From NCBI GenBank assembly GCA_965285935.1, contig OZ260661.1, positions 128,154,001 through 128,218,000 on the forward strand: a stretch of DNA of 64,000 nt. Direction: 5' to 3'. Source of the stretch: Ophelia neglecta (taxonomy: Eukaryota). Numbering within the stretch: position 1 is the stretch's first letter; each line of letters begins with the position of its first letter. Shown one piece after another: positions 28,211-41,657 of the stretch. Position numbers and translations under genes: made by a program. Under the pieces are notes generated by a model. That model did no database searches and was not told the origin of the DNA. It was given only the letters and a program-made list of their open reading frames with translations.

Positions 28211-29074
28211 TGAATGTTGTGTCAGAGATATATGCAGATGGATGCAAAGCAACATGCTTAAATTAAATGAGGGAAAGACAGAGGTGATGTTTTTCACACC
28301 TCAACGTTCACAGGCTTTGTTTGCGGATGCTGCTCTCAATATTGGTGGTAGTGTGATTAGACCACAGAAATATGTAAAAAATCTTGGATGTTATTTAGAC
28401 TCCCATCTGACGATGGAGATACAGGTCAGCCGAATTGTGAAATCGCGCTATTCTCAATGAGGAACATTGCACACATTCGTCGCTATCTTCCAGAGAGTGC
28501 TTGCCGCACTCATATACAGGCCCTTGTTGTTTCTCGCCTGGATTATGGTAATGCGCTGCTCATTGGCATAACTCAGAAACAAGTGGCACGCTTGCAGAAG
28601 GTGCAGAATGCAGCTGCTCGACTAGACTCAAGGACTAAAGGCGGGAGCACATAACACCTGTATTGCGACAATTACATTGGTTGCCAATATGTAAGCGTAT
28701 AGTGTATAAAGTTTTACTGTAAGTGTTCAAGGCACTAAATGGGCTGGCACCAGCCTACTTGTTTGATCTTGTTGAACTCTGTTGCCGCTGTTCTGTGGAA
28801 TGAGCTCCCTGATGCCCTGAGAAATGCCTCCTCATTAGACACTTTTAAGCGAAATCTTAAAACACACCTGTTTCGGTTGGCATACGATTTTTTATATGTA
28901 TTTCGCAGATATTGGTGCTTATTAGGCCGGTGGGCCTGTAACTTGTGATTGTAGTTTTAGTCGGTCTTTTAAATGGAAACTAGTTTTATCATGTCAGTTT
29001 TTACCGTTACCTATGTATTGATGTAAAGCGCTTTAGAGTATGTAACATATATAAAGCGATCTAGAAATTCTGTA

Positions 29075-29108
<34 letters not shown>
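28211..29108 (+). mobile_element. 5'-truncated L2-clade LINE insertion with (TAA)n tail
   Basis: WMQSNMLKLNEGKTEVM, VKNLGCYLDSHL, SRLDYGNALL, LQKVQNAAARL, HITPVLRQLHWLP, LWNELP..FKRNLKTHLF. Tail at 29076-29108, ATTAA on both sides. Empty sites TTCACATTAACAGGTA near 35681 and 56595. Confidence 0.93.
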
Positions 29109-29110
<2 letters not shown>

Positions 29111-29199
29111 TAACAGGTAGGAAGAAAACGACAGTAAAATACTTTCCTACTGTTAAATTTCCATGTCATCTGAATGTTTTTCCAACCCTCCCTAGGTCT

Positions 29200-29680
29200 T
29201 CCAACCTCTTGCTGATCACTGTTTATTTGATTGAAATCAGGCTTCGTGGTTAGAAATTTGGCTGCTGGTTGACAGTATGCAATATTTCAGATTGGTCCTT
29301 TGTGGTGGAAGAAAACTTGTCGTGCATTATTCATTGCTGCACATCCACTGATGGGTATATAAATGAATTTCATTTTCCACCTCATGATTAAAAAAAACAG
29401 GCAATGCTTTTATCAACTTGTACAGGATTTTTTAGCATGTAGTCAGATCCCAATAGAGTTTCTGTTAAGACGTAATATTGAAATAGCGTGACGGATGCCA
29501 ATTTGGGTAAATACATATCCTTAAAGATAAGCTCCGGAAAGCAAGTGAGAAGTGTCGGGTTTTCTGATCGATTTGTAATGTAATGGTCTTTCAACAGCCA
29601 ATAGTCATTAAATTTACCACGACAAAGGCCTTTATAGCTTTGGAATGCATAATACCTCGTATATCGGTCGAGCTGGCAAC
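29200..29680 (-). mobile_element. Ancient LINE 3' relic inside block B (also about 35780-36250 and 56690-57150)
   Basis: KGLCRGKFNDYWL..NPTLLT, IRHAISILRL and EVENEIH remnants of a LINE ORF2 C-terminus. Confidence 0.4.
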
Positions 29681-29867
29681 TAGAGTAGTAGTTTTAGAGG
29701 TTATATGAAGCTTATGATTCGTGTATCTAGAATCTTTATTTCTTATTTAGACTATCCAATGTGGTGTTCTATAAGCATTAAAGGACACGGGGCAGGGGCA
29801 ACACCCGAATGTATAGGAAAGGGAAATGGCAGGGGTTGATGTGGGAAGGCAATGTAGAATTGTGAGG

Positions 29868-30245
29868 TCCGGTGGGGACCAATGTGGTTGCGGGAGTGGA
29901 GCTTGTGGTACCCAGTGGGGGGACCAAATGGTGGAGAGCGAGGACGTTGTGCGGCCCGGTGGGGACCAATGTGGTGGTTAAATGTAGTCAAATTGGATAA
30001 AGTATTCAACCGGTTAGTCACATAGACAGTAATCCAATAGACACATTTGGTCCATGAGACTAGTTTCAAGGGGGTCTTATGATCCCCGAAGGTGTAGTCG
30101 TCCTGGCCAAATGTGGTGGCGGGAGTGGAGGTTGCGATGCCCAGTGGGGACCAAAAGGTGGTGAGCGAGGACGTTGTGATGCCCGGTGGGGACCAATGAG
30201 GTGGAGGGAGTGGAGCTTGTGGTACCCAGTGGGGACCAAAAGGTG
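29868..30245. repeat. About 43-bp GTGGGGACCAA minisatellite units at the B1/A2 junction and within block A
   Basis: Units such as GTGGGGACCAATGTGGTTGCGGGAGTGGAGCTTGTGGTACCCA; A2 has one more internal unit than A1. Confidence 0.8.
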
Positions 30246-30985
30246 TCCAACCGATCCCAAGAGTACAAGGCACACAAAAGATAGTTATTTTTTTGTTGCT
30301 TGTAAAATCTATATGAAAAGTTGTATTTATTTATGAGAGATAGGCAACGGAGCCATTAGGCTGAAACTGCATGGGAAAATAGTTAATAATTGATGAAAAC
30401 ATGCAACAGCCCCCCCCCTCCTCCCCCTCCCTGTTCGTGCGCTGAAGCACGCAGTAATTTGCGCATACTATTTTGGTCCTTATTAAATTAATGTTCAGTT
30501 TGCAAGCCTCAAAATAATCACCATATTAAGATGTTGGCATCCGCATCCTTAACTGGTCGATTTGTTTACGAACCTTTGCAACCATATCTGGGTGTCCTAT
30601 CTACTGGCCCCAGAGCGATCACAAGTACATGCCAGCCTCCAGTGGCCCTATTATGGACGCTCTAAGTGAAAGCCTCATATTTAGCCAACTGCATCTCTTG
30701 ACATTAACCTTTATAGCATAATAAATGACAAGAATGATGCGTACAGGAAGACGCCGGGGTTAACGTAACAATCTTTGATCGAGAGGAGCTGTTAAGGTAG
30801 TGGACTGGCCGCCTTCATTGGGAAATGTAGTAGATTGATGACATTTAGGCACCTCTCAAAAAAGAGGGCTTTTTATGCCACACCTCGGCTAGTTTGATTT
30901 TTTCTTAAATATCCTATTAAGGCTTATAATAATTATTAAGGCTTTAAACAGTATTTGTTTTGACAAAAAAAAGATGCGGGCGGAA
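29976..30985. repeat. Duplicated block A, copy 2
   Basis: Collinear with 23177-24380. Confidence 0.92.
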
Positions 30986-32699
30986 GTTTCTTACCGATGT
31001 CCTCCTATCAATCACATGCTAGCCAAGTTCTGACCATGACAATGCATGGCATTGCGGAAAATTTGCCGTTTTCCCTGTCTCAGATAATCAAAATGACAGA
31101 GAATCCAATAAATGCCGCGACTGCATCTTTAATAGACCTTGTACCAAACCAGTAATTGTTAACATTGATTAATGTCCAGTTAATCTATACATTTAGTTTG
31201 TTGCATACATAAGATTGAACTGAATAGATTTCGTACTAAATGCCCGTCAGCTGTTTTCATCACTACGAAATAATAATAAAAAAAGCCTAAATTACATTCC
31301 GGTCTAAATGGAGTTATATATACCACAATTCTGGCTAATGGAGACATCATCGTAGATACAGACCTATGGTGCATTATATAAATTGCTTATCTATACCATG
31401 TCACTTAGGCCATATTCATTTTGTTACCTTGTTACATTATACACTTTTTGATGTAACTTTGGCCATTTTCATACATTTTTGGCACCATTTTGGTGTAGTC
31501 TCCTGAACTTAGGTAAAATTTTCATTTCCAATTGTGGCTTAACTAACATAACCCTAGATTAATCCTGGCAAACAAATGTGTATAATTCTTATAGATATGG
31601 TGGTGTCTACTGAATGTTAGGGTGAGTCCAACGTATAAAAAATTAATAAAGGATTGACATTTGATTTACAGCTTTATAGAGAAAATCGGTTTTGTTTAAT
31701 TAGCGAAAGGCATATCAAAAGGTTCTCTTCATGAAAGGTAAAATGAATGTAATAGTTACCTTTACTTATTCATTTATATCCAGGTGAGCTTAGTTGATAT
31801 TAGCGGGATATGTTTCGGTTATTAAGTGACTGATATTGTAGATTAATTTACCAACACTTTCATTTTTCCCACATCTTTCGTCTTCGACTATAATACAAAG
31901 CCAGACATTAACCAGTGTGAAATATTCAAGAGTGCACTCTTTGGAAAGTCGACCCTTTCAAACCCTACACATGGTGTACAAAAGAGTTAGGATCAAAGAA
32001 AGGCTTCGTTAGGTTCACAGTGTTCCCCAAAAGCAGGGGAACAATAGCCATTGACTTTTATGTCGTCAGCGCAGCTGAAAAACACCAAACTTAAATTTAG
32101 CACAGCTTTTAATCTGTAGATCGACATTGCTGGTGCAGGCAAATTATATATATCAAAATAACTCCGTAACTTGCCTGCAGAAGATTCTGTTATATACATG
32201 TATTCCATTTAGAATTTTTCGGAAGTTTCATCTTCCCTACAAAAAAAGTTACTGACACAATGTTCAAATGATTTGGCGACCACCGCCTATTTATCAATAT
32301 CAGTATGCCTACATGTTGTACGAAGGCTATTCGCACGAGGAGTAAATCTACAGACATGGTTGTGTCCGTAAAGGACGCCACACTGTCCTCAGTGACAGAT
32401 GAAAAATATGATGTTTTAAAAACGGAGGATTGTGCTGGGCAAGCATATATCGTCTCCAATGTAAATTATCTCTCAAAATTGCGACGCAAGGACGACTGAA
32501 AACTAGGGTATATATTTCTTCACTACTTTCAGTTTATAAAACTATGATTTAACCTATATTTGAGTGTTGGTTTGTATATAGGAGTTGTGAAGATTGACAA
32601 ACTTTAGTACAATTGAAAGATTCGATACAGAATAGAGGCGTACGTCTTTTCACAGGTTTTTTTTTATTACAATGCTCGCGGCATTGACTTAGTGAAAAT

Positions 32700-35600
32700 A
32701 ATTGAAGTATTTTCTATACCAAACTTGGCCTGTAAAAAATATTCTTCAGAACGGTGGGAAACACATTGTTTGTCCAACTATGGCAAAGAATCTTTTTAAC
32801 AATTCTTCATACTAAATGTGTGATCGTAATCATTTATAACACTGATAAGAAAGAATATCCATTTCTAATCTGTATTAATTTCTGAATCATATCTGTTGGC
32901 AGCTACAAAAAGCAATTGTAAAACTCTAAAGCTGTCTTTGATAGCTCGAAAGTCGCATCGAGTATTATGTAGAGTTTGGATAAATATTGAAAAGATTCAC
33001 TATTAGCAAGTAAATTTAGCTGTCATCTCAAATCAATAAACAAACGAGTAAGAGTGACAAATTCTGTTACAACATCATTACGAAGAGCAAGCATTGTGTT
33101 TTTTAACACAGTACGGAGAAAGACGAGCAAGACGTGCGCCAAGGAACTCATATGTTCATTTATATATGAAAGAGATTATTGCAATTGGCTATATAGAAAA
33201 CACGCTTGTTTAATACAAATGAACTGATTATGACTGATTGAATCGCAAACATATGTATAGTTTATTGTTTGTATAATTATGTTCCTTTACGGTAGGGGGT
33301 CGGCTACGCGTTAATCAATATTACAATATCATCAGAAATAATCATTTCTTGTTTCATGTGTTTTAAACGACGTTAGTTATTTACTAGGTGCGCAGTGACT
33401 AATGCTCGGAACATGTTTAGGTATGGTTTTATAAATGATTCCAACTCTGCGTTCTTTAACTGGAAACTTAAATTGGCAGCTGTCGTGTGAGACAAAATGG
33501 ATGTCAGTTTAAATTGCAATGGTCTTTCGCATTTTTCAAATGAAAGACTTCTGGTTCCTATGTGGATGCACTAAGTGGAAGCTACTTCTTTGAATACTAA
33601 TTTGAACGTGGTTATTTCGGGGTTGTCAAATAAAGGCAGGAAGCTCAGCGGATGGTCGTAATGTACTATAAGTCATTCTTCTTCCAATCTATTAAGGAGC
33701 GCTAGGACGTAGAATTGGGTAATTAACCGTCTGGCCATGCACCAACAAAGAAAGCCATTAGGGAACTTAAACCGAAATGAGAACTCGCTGCAAAGAAAAA
33801 TGTAGCCTACTTAGTATATAGTTTCAGTTTATACGAATGTAAAGCAACATTACGAATTAATAAAGTGGACAAGTCAAAATATTTACGCAGGAGAAACTGC
33901 GAGTATTGTTTCTACATTTAAATTCATGGACCTGAGAAGTTATATCCCCATAATTATATTTAAGGTTGTAAAACTTTAACTAAAACATTTTAGAATATAT
34001 CTCGCTTTTCGTGTTCATGTTAAGCTACCAGCCATTACTTTTCTCATTAGTGATAACTAAACCAGTTAAGCAATCATTACAAGATAAACCAGACAGACTT
34101 AATAGAAGGTATTGTATTTAAGCAAGGCAAGCATGTTTTGCAGAAGGAGAAACTCCTCCTTTTTACCATAGCTTCCGTTGACCTGATGGCTTTAACCTTG
34201 AGGTTTGCTGTTTGATATATTTGTATTTTTGTTTTCACGAGTATTCCTGTTGCAGCAAACCTTGGATTATTTTGATCCTATAAAGCCTTGAAGTAATATT
34301 CGGTCGGTAACACTGTGGGACCTGTGAGATGTAGAAAGCGGGCTGTCTTAGCGCCCGAGATGATCGATCATCTACCTAGCCTCTAAGGTCGGGCATCTGG
34401 TGGTCGGCTTCTGAATAATCATATATGTCATTGGCAGGTTTAGTTTGCAAAAGAATGTGCCATAGACGAGCAGCCGTGTCATTATTAGATGCTGAGGAGT
34501 TTGCTGGTTGCGTGTTTTGAAGACTCAAGTTTAAGCTTTATTAAACCATACAATAGTAGTTGCCATGAACTGTTTTAAACTGGTCTTGGAATAGTAAAAA
34601 AAAAGCTGGTACGGGTCCTAATTAATATCGCCCGTTGTTTAATTCCAGAATTACTTATAGGCGTAATACACATGTAGCATGTAGGTTTATTTCATTCATG
34701 AACAATTTAAAGACGATTAACTGATTACTGGACAATGTGCAAAATAGCCAAACATAGCCCTACAATAGTATAAAGTTTATTATGCAAGACATGGTGTTAA
34801 GTATGTTCTTGTGTCTCACTGATATGTTTAGCCACTCTGGCCCCTGATTGGCCATTTATAAGCTTTTAATAACTAATAGATGTTATGTTAAGTGGCCATT
34901 TTAGCCATGGAGCGGATATATATAGACAATACCAAGATACCGAGGAAATGGTGGGAGGCCTATTTTAATTATTTGGTTCGATGTACAAGATATTGATAGG
35001 TCTGATATGCTGAAACGTACATAAATCCCATGGCGTTCGCCCCTGTACGTTCACTCTCCGTTCACTCTTTCACACAATAATGCAATGAGCGGCCTCCGAA
35101 TTCATAAGGACACAACCATGAGCTGAAAGAAATTTTATTTTAGCACGCCAACTTCGTTTTTAACTTCATTTACATAAACAAAAACACCTAACATACAAAA
35201 TCAAAGGTTGAAATAATAATTTGAGATGATTTAAAGCATCATTTTAACATCTACAATAAGAATATCAATTGAATAATAGCTAAATTAATTAATAAATATT
35301 AACACTGATATAATAATAGGTAAAAGAAAGAAAATACCACGTTGTGTGCAATGTTTTGTTAAAGACACCATATACAGTACAACCTTAAATACCTAGGTTT
35401 GGGTTGAATTACTGTGAACATACGGGACCTACTTGTTGAATATTAAATAGCGATTTGGGAGTTGGACATCTTTGCCTATCTGCATATAGGTTTAGACAAA
35501 GTATTTTTAAGTGCGCTCATATTTAGTGTAAATATATTATGTAATCAATTACGATTGTGAGGGCTAGATTTTGCGGCAGTGACTTGCTCATTGTAATCCA

Positions 35601-36868
35601 TGTAGGCATCAGACTAAAATGAAAAATACATACTCGGATATCTCTTTCATACATTAGTTCTCCATGAAATATTTGTTTCTTTCACATTAACAGGTAGGAA
35701 GGAAACACCAGTAAAAAACATTCCTACTGCTAAATCTCCATGTCATCTGAATGTTTTTCCAAGCTCTTCAAACCTTTTGCTGATCACTGTTTATTAAATG
35801 GAAATCAGGCTTTGTGGTTAGAAATGTGGCTGCTGGCTGACAGTATTCAATATTTCAGATTGGTCCTATGTGGTGGAAGAAACCTTGATGGCATTATTCA
35901 TTGCTGCACATCCACTGATGGGTATATAAATGGATTTCATTTTCCACCTCATGATTAAAAAAAACAGCCAATGCTTTTTATCAGCTGGTACAAGATTTTT
36001 TAGCATGTAGTCAGATCCCACTAGAGGTGCTGTTAAGACGTAATATTGAAATAGCATGACGGATGCCAATTTGGGTTAATACATATCCTTAAAGATAAGC
36101 TTCGCAAAAACGCGTGAGAAGTGTTGGATTTTCTGATCCATTTGTAATGTAATGGCCTATTGACAGCCAAGAGTCATCAAATTTACCACGACAAAAGCCT
36201 TTATAGCTTTGAAATGCACGACAATACCTCGTTTATCGGTCGAGCTTGCAACTAGAGTAGTAGTTATAGAGGTTATATGAAGCTTATGATTCGTGTATCT
36301 AGAATCTTTATTTCTTATTTAGACTATCCAATGTGGTGTTCTATAAGCATTAAAGGACGAGGGGCAGGGGCAACACCCGAATGTATAGGAAAGTGAAATG
36401 GGAGGGGTGGATGTGGGAAGGCACTGTATAACAGAAAGCGTCGGGAATAAAGTCTCGGAACAAGTATCCGGAAAATAAAACATAGCAGGAAATAAGGCAT
36501 CTGGAAATAGTACCAGTATCAAGCCAATGTAATTTTTGTATGAATTATTTTCTCATTCCGCCATGTCAATGATTTGTCAAAAAACCTTTGGTAGACTAAC
36601 ACAATAAAAAATGGTGGCCTTAGTATAGCAATTAATGAAGACTTTTAATGAAGGTGTGGTTGGCATACGAACCTACTCCACTAAAACTGAAGAATGCAGG
36701 GAAATTGTTTTTGTCTAGTGTAAGAAAGTGTATAATCTAAATATTTCTGATGTAGAAATATATATGTATATGTTTGCTGATTTTTATTAACTTATAGCTT
36801 AGCATTATAGCATACATATAATATTTTCTCTGTAACTTTACCTCTTTTTTTTCTGTAGGAATATATAT
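32700..36868. repeat. Duplicated block B, copy 2
   Basis: Collinear with B1 and B3; shared ORF-track peptides (MASVMLFQYYV.. at 35866 and 56761). Confidence 0.93.
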
Positions 36869-37213
36869 ATAGATCTTTATTTCCTCCATTTTCTGAAGAG
36901 TACATTAGAAAATAACAAACTATAAGTGTAAATCAACTAAACAGAACATAGTGAAATTATAATCAAGGAACAATATATTTACAAGGTAACGGCCATATAA
37001 CAGGGAGCGATACTAGAATAATACACACGTATAATAAAAGAAAAGCCGGTTCACTTAGTCCACACAGTACTACTCACTACTCAAAAGCATGACCATTGAA
37101 TGTACCTTGCCAGCGATACGTATCACAAATATATATACAATTAGTAAAATCAAGGCGTACAATTATGTGCTGAATTATGACTGTTACAAATATATATTCA
37201 TAAGGTTATTGAT

Positions 37214-40200
37214 TCAACACCACAAGATAGGTTTGCAATGTTCACAATTCCATACGTGCAGTCCTACCCTGTGCCAGGCTATAATGCATTCCTTGGCAAA
37301 TTCAAACCTATCATACGTTACGTCATTAATAGAAATGGACAGTCCAAGAATATGAAGCACCAAATCATAGTCATCACACATCATTAGGTGTCTCTCAATT
37401 TCTACCGGCCACAGACTGGTTGACAGCCAGAAGATCTCTCTCTCGGTACAGAAATTGGGACAATTACATATAAAATGAGATAAAATATCACGGAACTCAT
37501 GGTCACAAAGATGGCAGTGGCCGGGGATGTTACATGGGACTGCTAACAGCGACGCGAAGGAGTACAGAGCCTGCCAGTGGACAGGGTGATGGCGCTGGAT
37601 GTCCCATACCCACCAGTCTCCCTTAGGTGAAGCAAAGTTCACATCGCCAATTACAGACCCTAACCGCGACAGTCGCACATCACCAGTAATAAGTTTATGT
37701 GTGTCTTCGGTCTCGATCTCTTTAACACGAGCTTTTACAGTACGTTTCCATTCAACAAAACTTGGAAATATAGAAAACCTTAGATACTGTTCTAAAATAT
37801 CCACCAGTCCATACTTCTTAAACAAGGACATCACATCAAATATAAAACCACTACTTCCCGCGGCGCCGTGGAAAGTCCACATACATAGTCGTTTGACAAA
37901 TATATTATGGACTAGGTGATTAGTTCCAAGCAAACAAAGCCTACCAAAGAATAATAGTTTTTGGCTGTCAATATAGCTTTCTGCTGAGTTCCAGCCGAGG
38001 AGAGTGTACACAACAGCAGTTCTAGCTCGCGTATGGAATCTGAGAATTTTCTTAGCGCAATACTTTTGCATTGCCTCCAACTTTTCGGTTTCCTCTTTGG
38101 ATAGATTTGCCCAGAGTTCACAAGCGAAGAGTGCACTCGGTCGAACCACAGCTTGGTAGAGTTTGGCCAATGTCCGTGGGCTTGACCCTAGGCGACACAG
38201 TGAGGCCATGCGGCCTTTACCCTTTGCACAGACGTCAATGGTCCTTCTTAACGAAACAAAGGACTCGTTAAGTTCTACACCAACATGTGTTTCACAAGTG
38301 TCTCTCGTGAGCGCTGTGCCCCCGAGAGTCCATCTATATGATGCCTCGCGCTTTTGTCTCGATCTCCCAAACATTATGGTCCGAGACTTTCCCGGGTTGA
38401 ACAGAAAGCGCCATTTGGCTGCATAGTTCCAACAAATGTCCAACATACTTTGAAGCCCGTCAGGGGACAGCGACAGAAGCACGATGTCATCGGCTTGGGT
38501 AGGGCACCCGCAGAAAGTCCCTGCCACAGTAGCCCCACAGCCAGAATTTTGCAAAGCCCTTAGGAGTTCATCATACAGAATCATAAATTTCTGAGGTCCC
38601 CAGACAGAACCTTGTCTCACGGACTGATTGACATCTACCACGTGTGACAGCGCACCGTTGAACCTTACACGACACTTCATACCCGTATACGAGTGCAGCA
38701 AAAGTCGCCAGAACCCACCGCGGATTCTCATCTCATGGAGTTTTACGAACAGGCCCTTGTGCCAAACTAAGTCAAATGCCGTAGCCGAGTCAAGGAAACA
38801 CGCAAATACCTTTGACCCACGCTCAATGTTGTATCTGACGCACTCTAGCACAACGAATGAGGTCATTGTACTGTTTCGCTTTTCCTGGTATGCACCTTGT
38901 AATGGGTGTGGAAACAGTACTTTATTATTTTCGATCCACGCAAGAAATCTGTTCAAGGTCACCCGCTCAAACACCTTGAACAAAACCGGAAGTAACGTGA
39001 TTCCCCGATGGTTCTTTCTATCATCAGAGTATTTTTTGTTACCTTTGTATATCGTGATGACGTGGGCGACCTTCATGCTAGCCGGTACTTCAGCCATCTT
39101 GTACATGAGATTGAATAAGTATGCGAGCCATTTAATAATTGGCTGTCCGCCGAATTTCAAATGCTCGTTAGTGATTCCATCATGACCTGGAGCCTTGCCT
39201 CTCTTCAGCTTACGAACTACCATATTAACCTCACCCTCCGTGATGGGTGAACACATAATATTGTCACGTTCTTCCAAGGATGATTGTAGGATGGCTTTGA
39301 ACGTGTCCTCAGTTCTGACCTTGTGGTTTTCATCAAAATTTGGATCACATAATGGGGTATACAGTCCAGTAAAATGTTCGTGCCACGCGTTAAGGATGTC
39401 CTCTGAACCGCGGTAAGTTTTACCCTCCACACACAACACCGGGAGGTGAGTACCTATTTTGTTTTGGCACCGTCGAACCAGAGTAAAAAGTTTCTTTTGA
39501 TCACTCTCTGCAGTGCTTTCGATTTCTTCAAATATGTCCCTGTTTAATAAGTGCTCCTGTCTTCTTAGGGCACATCTGTACTTAGTCTTAATAGTTTTAT
39601 ACTGGGCGTAAGAAACATGGTCCCTTCCTTTTGGTTTTCCAGATGCTTTCCACTGTCCCCTAACTTCGCGCAACTGCTCGTGTATTTGGGGCAGGTCAGA
39701 GTTTTTCCAAAAGGCTTAAGGTTTTTATTGTATGGCGTACTGGGAATGGCATTTTGCGCACTTTCTTCTAGAGCGGCCACCATGTTTTCGTAAAGGTCAT
39801 TCACGTTTGATGACAAATGATCCGACTTATTCATCCGATTCATTAACGAACGCAGTCGATCGTTGAGCGTTTCCTTGTATTCCTCTTTAATGGACAAGTT
39901 AGCGGCGAGCTTATTCCAGCATGGCCTGGTACCAAGGTCATGTCCGACCGACGACCCAGTTGCCAGCAACGGTTTGATATTTATCGCAGCTAAAACCGGC
40001 AGGTGGTCACTCACATTGACTGGATCGTGAACGATTACTTCATTACGGATCACCAGATCCACTACAGACGGCTGGACGAGTACATGATCGATCCTGCTTA
40101 ATATGTCTGCAGTCTGCTTGAATGTGTAATCGGGACCAGAACATGTAAGTAGAGAAGTCAAACAGGTAAGCCCGCAGCGTCGGACCAGTTCGGCGACACA

Positions 40201-40731
40201 TTTTGATCTTCGGCTCTCTTTAAAGCCAACATAAGGGGGGCCATCAATCCTGACATTAAAGTCGCCAAGGATGATCACTTCACTATATATGCTTAAGTCA
40301 TTGTATAAAGTCTGCAGCTTATCAACGTGGTCTTCAAATAATGAGTCAGGTTTGTTTGTAGAGGGGAGGTATACATTTAACACTGTTAAGTAGTGCCTCT
40401 CACTCTCGTTTAGTGTAATTTGAAGTCCACATATCCGGTCGTCCTGAAAGTGTTATCTCTTTATATTATTGGACAACGCTTTTTTCCATAGGAATCCAAT
40501 TCCTCCTTTTCCCCTACGGTACGGGTCGAGTGGGTCTAGGCAAGAGTCAGTAATGCCCCACCCTGAATAACAGGGACTTATGGAGTCTAGGACCTGGGTG
40601 CTATTGGGAAACAACCAGTGTTCCGAGAGGGCGAGTATATCAACATCCTGGTGCATGAGGAGTTTATCAATGTATACAGCGCTCCTTATGGCCCCTTGAC
40701 AATTGAAGCTGGCCAAACTCAGTTTTTCCAT
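37214..40731 (-). pseudogene. LINE ORF2 (AP endonuclease + reverse transcriptase + C-terminal CCHC), about 1170 codons, two lesions
   Basis: SFNCQG, LSEHW, GGIG, NVYLP, GDFN, RIDH, SDHLP; KAPGHDG, RGITLL, FLDSATAFD, VRQGS, QADD, CHLC..H..C. In-frame TAA at 40455-40453 and a 1-nt loss in a T-run near 39710 (KPFG versus expected KPFWKN). Confidence 0.93.
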
Positions 40732-40762
40732 TTTACTTTGTATTCTAATAGCCATAATTACA

Positions 40763-41504
40763 TTAGTGGTCGTTTCTGTCATACCACTGACGGGCGTACT
40801 CGTTTTCGGGCCAAAACCCTTTGCTACACACTAGTCCTGAGAACTGAGGTTGGACACGGATGAGAGCGGCCTGATCGCCTGTCTTTCTGCTATGAAAAAG
40901 TCTACATTCCAGGCACTCTACGCCTTTGTATTTCAGGAAATCTAGCAGTGATTTAGTATCGACCGCAGTGTTAATGTTGCCAATGTATAGTTTAACACTT
41001 TCAGGTGGGCTCGTCGTTCTATACCTAGTCGAACGTGTCCATAACCTCGTAGGCCCATGTGCCCTGATATCATTTGGCTCCTTCTCGGGCTTGCGTGTAC
41101 TTGTTATCACGGGTATTGGCTTGGGGCTCGTTTCATAGATATGGGTCCTCGTCGGTTCCTTGCCGGTGACAATCCCGGGTACTTCTGATTGTGGATAACG
41201 GTTATGCTCTACCTTGTTTGTCTCAACCGCTAGCTTATCAATATCTTCAAAAATGCGAAGCATAAGCTGTCCATTTGTGCCCCAAAGATTATTTTCTTCC
41301 TTCTCGAATGTATTAAATTTATCTTTCAGAGTTTTGTGGTTGTATTTTATAACATTCATGGATCTTCCATTGGCTTCCTTTTCACTGTTTATTTTTATTT
41401 TCAGATCATGAATGGAATCTTTTAGTCTCTTGACGTCGGATAGGAGGCCCGGGTCATCTTCCTTACACGGCTTATTTTTTACCTTATTTACTTCTTGGAA
41501 TACT
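40763..41504 (-). CDS. LINE ORF1 C-terminal part (coiled coil + RRM-like), 5'-truncated
   Basis: Frame open from the 5' junction (FQEVNKVKNK..) to the stop at 40763; KLYIGNI..LLDFL....V....C..FWP....RQW is typical of LINE ORF1 ends. Confidence 0.8.
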
Positions 41505-41657
41505 TAGTGTAAGAAAGTGTATAATCTAAATATTTCTGATGTAGAAATATATATGTATATGTTTGCTGATTTTTATTAACTTCTAGCTTAGCATTATAGC
41601 ATACATATAATATTTTCTCTGTAACTTTACCTCTTTTTTTTCTGTAGGAATATATAT
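41505..41657. repeat. Right copy of 153-bp target-site duplication (left copy 36716-36868)
   Basis: 152/153 identical by eye; single mismatch at 36794 (A) versus 41583 (C). Confidence 0.93.

Larger units (their letters stand above)
25160..29858. repeat. Duplicated block B, copy 1 (contains L2 insertion)
   Basis: Collinear with 32700-36440 and, from 26361 onward, with 54870-57340. Confidence 0.93.
36869..41504 (-). mobile_element. Young 5'-truncated non-LTR retrotransposon (APE + RT; RTE/RTEX-like by inference), 4636 bp
   Basis: Partial ORF1, ORF2 and 3'UTR ending AATAAAGATCTATATATA; absent from the paralogous site at 57.6-58.1 kb; flanked by a 153-bp direct repeat. Confidence 0.96.

Noticed and set aside
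29752-30336. Cys/Gly-rich or mucin-like ORFs in block A
   Set aside because: They derive from 43-44-bp units that shift frame; ORFs differ between A1 and A2.
37599-41411. Plus-strand ORFs over the LINE
   Set aside because: Antisense shadows of ORF1 and ORF2.
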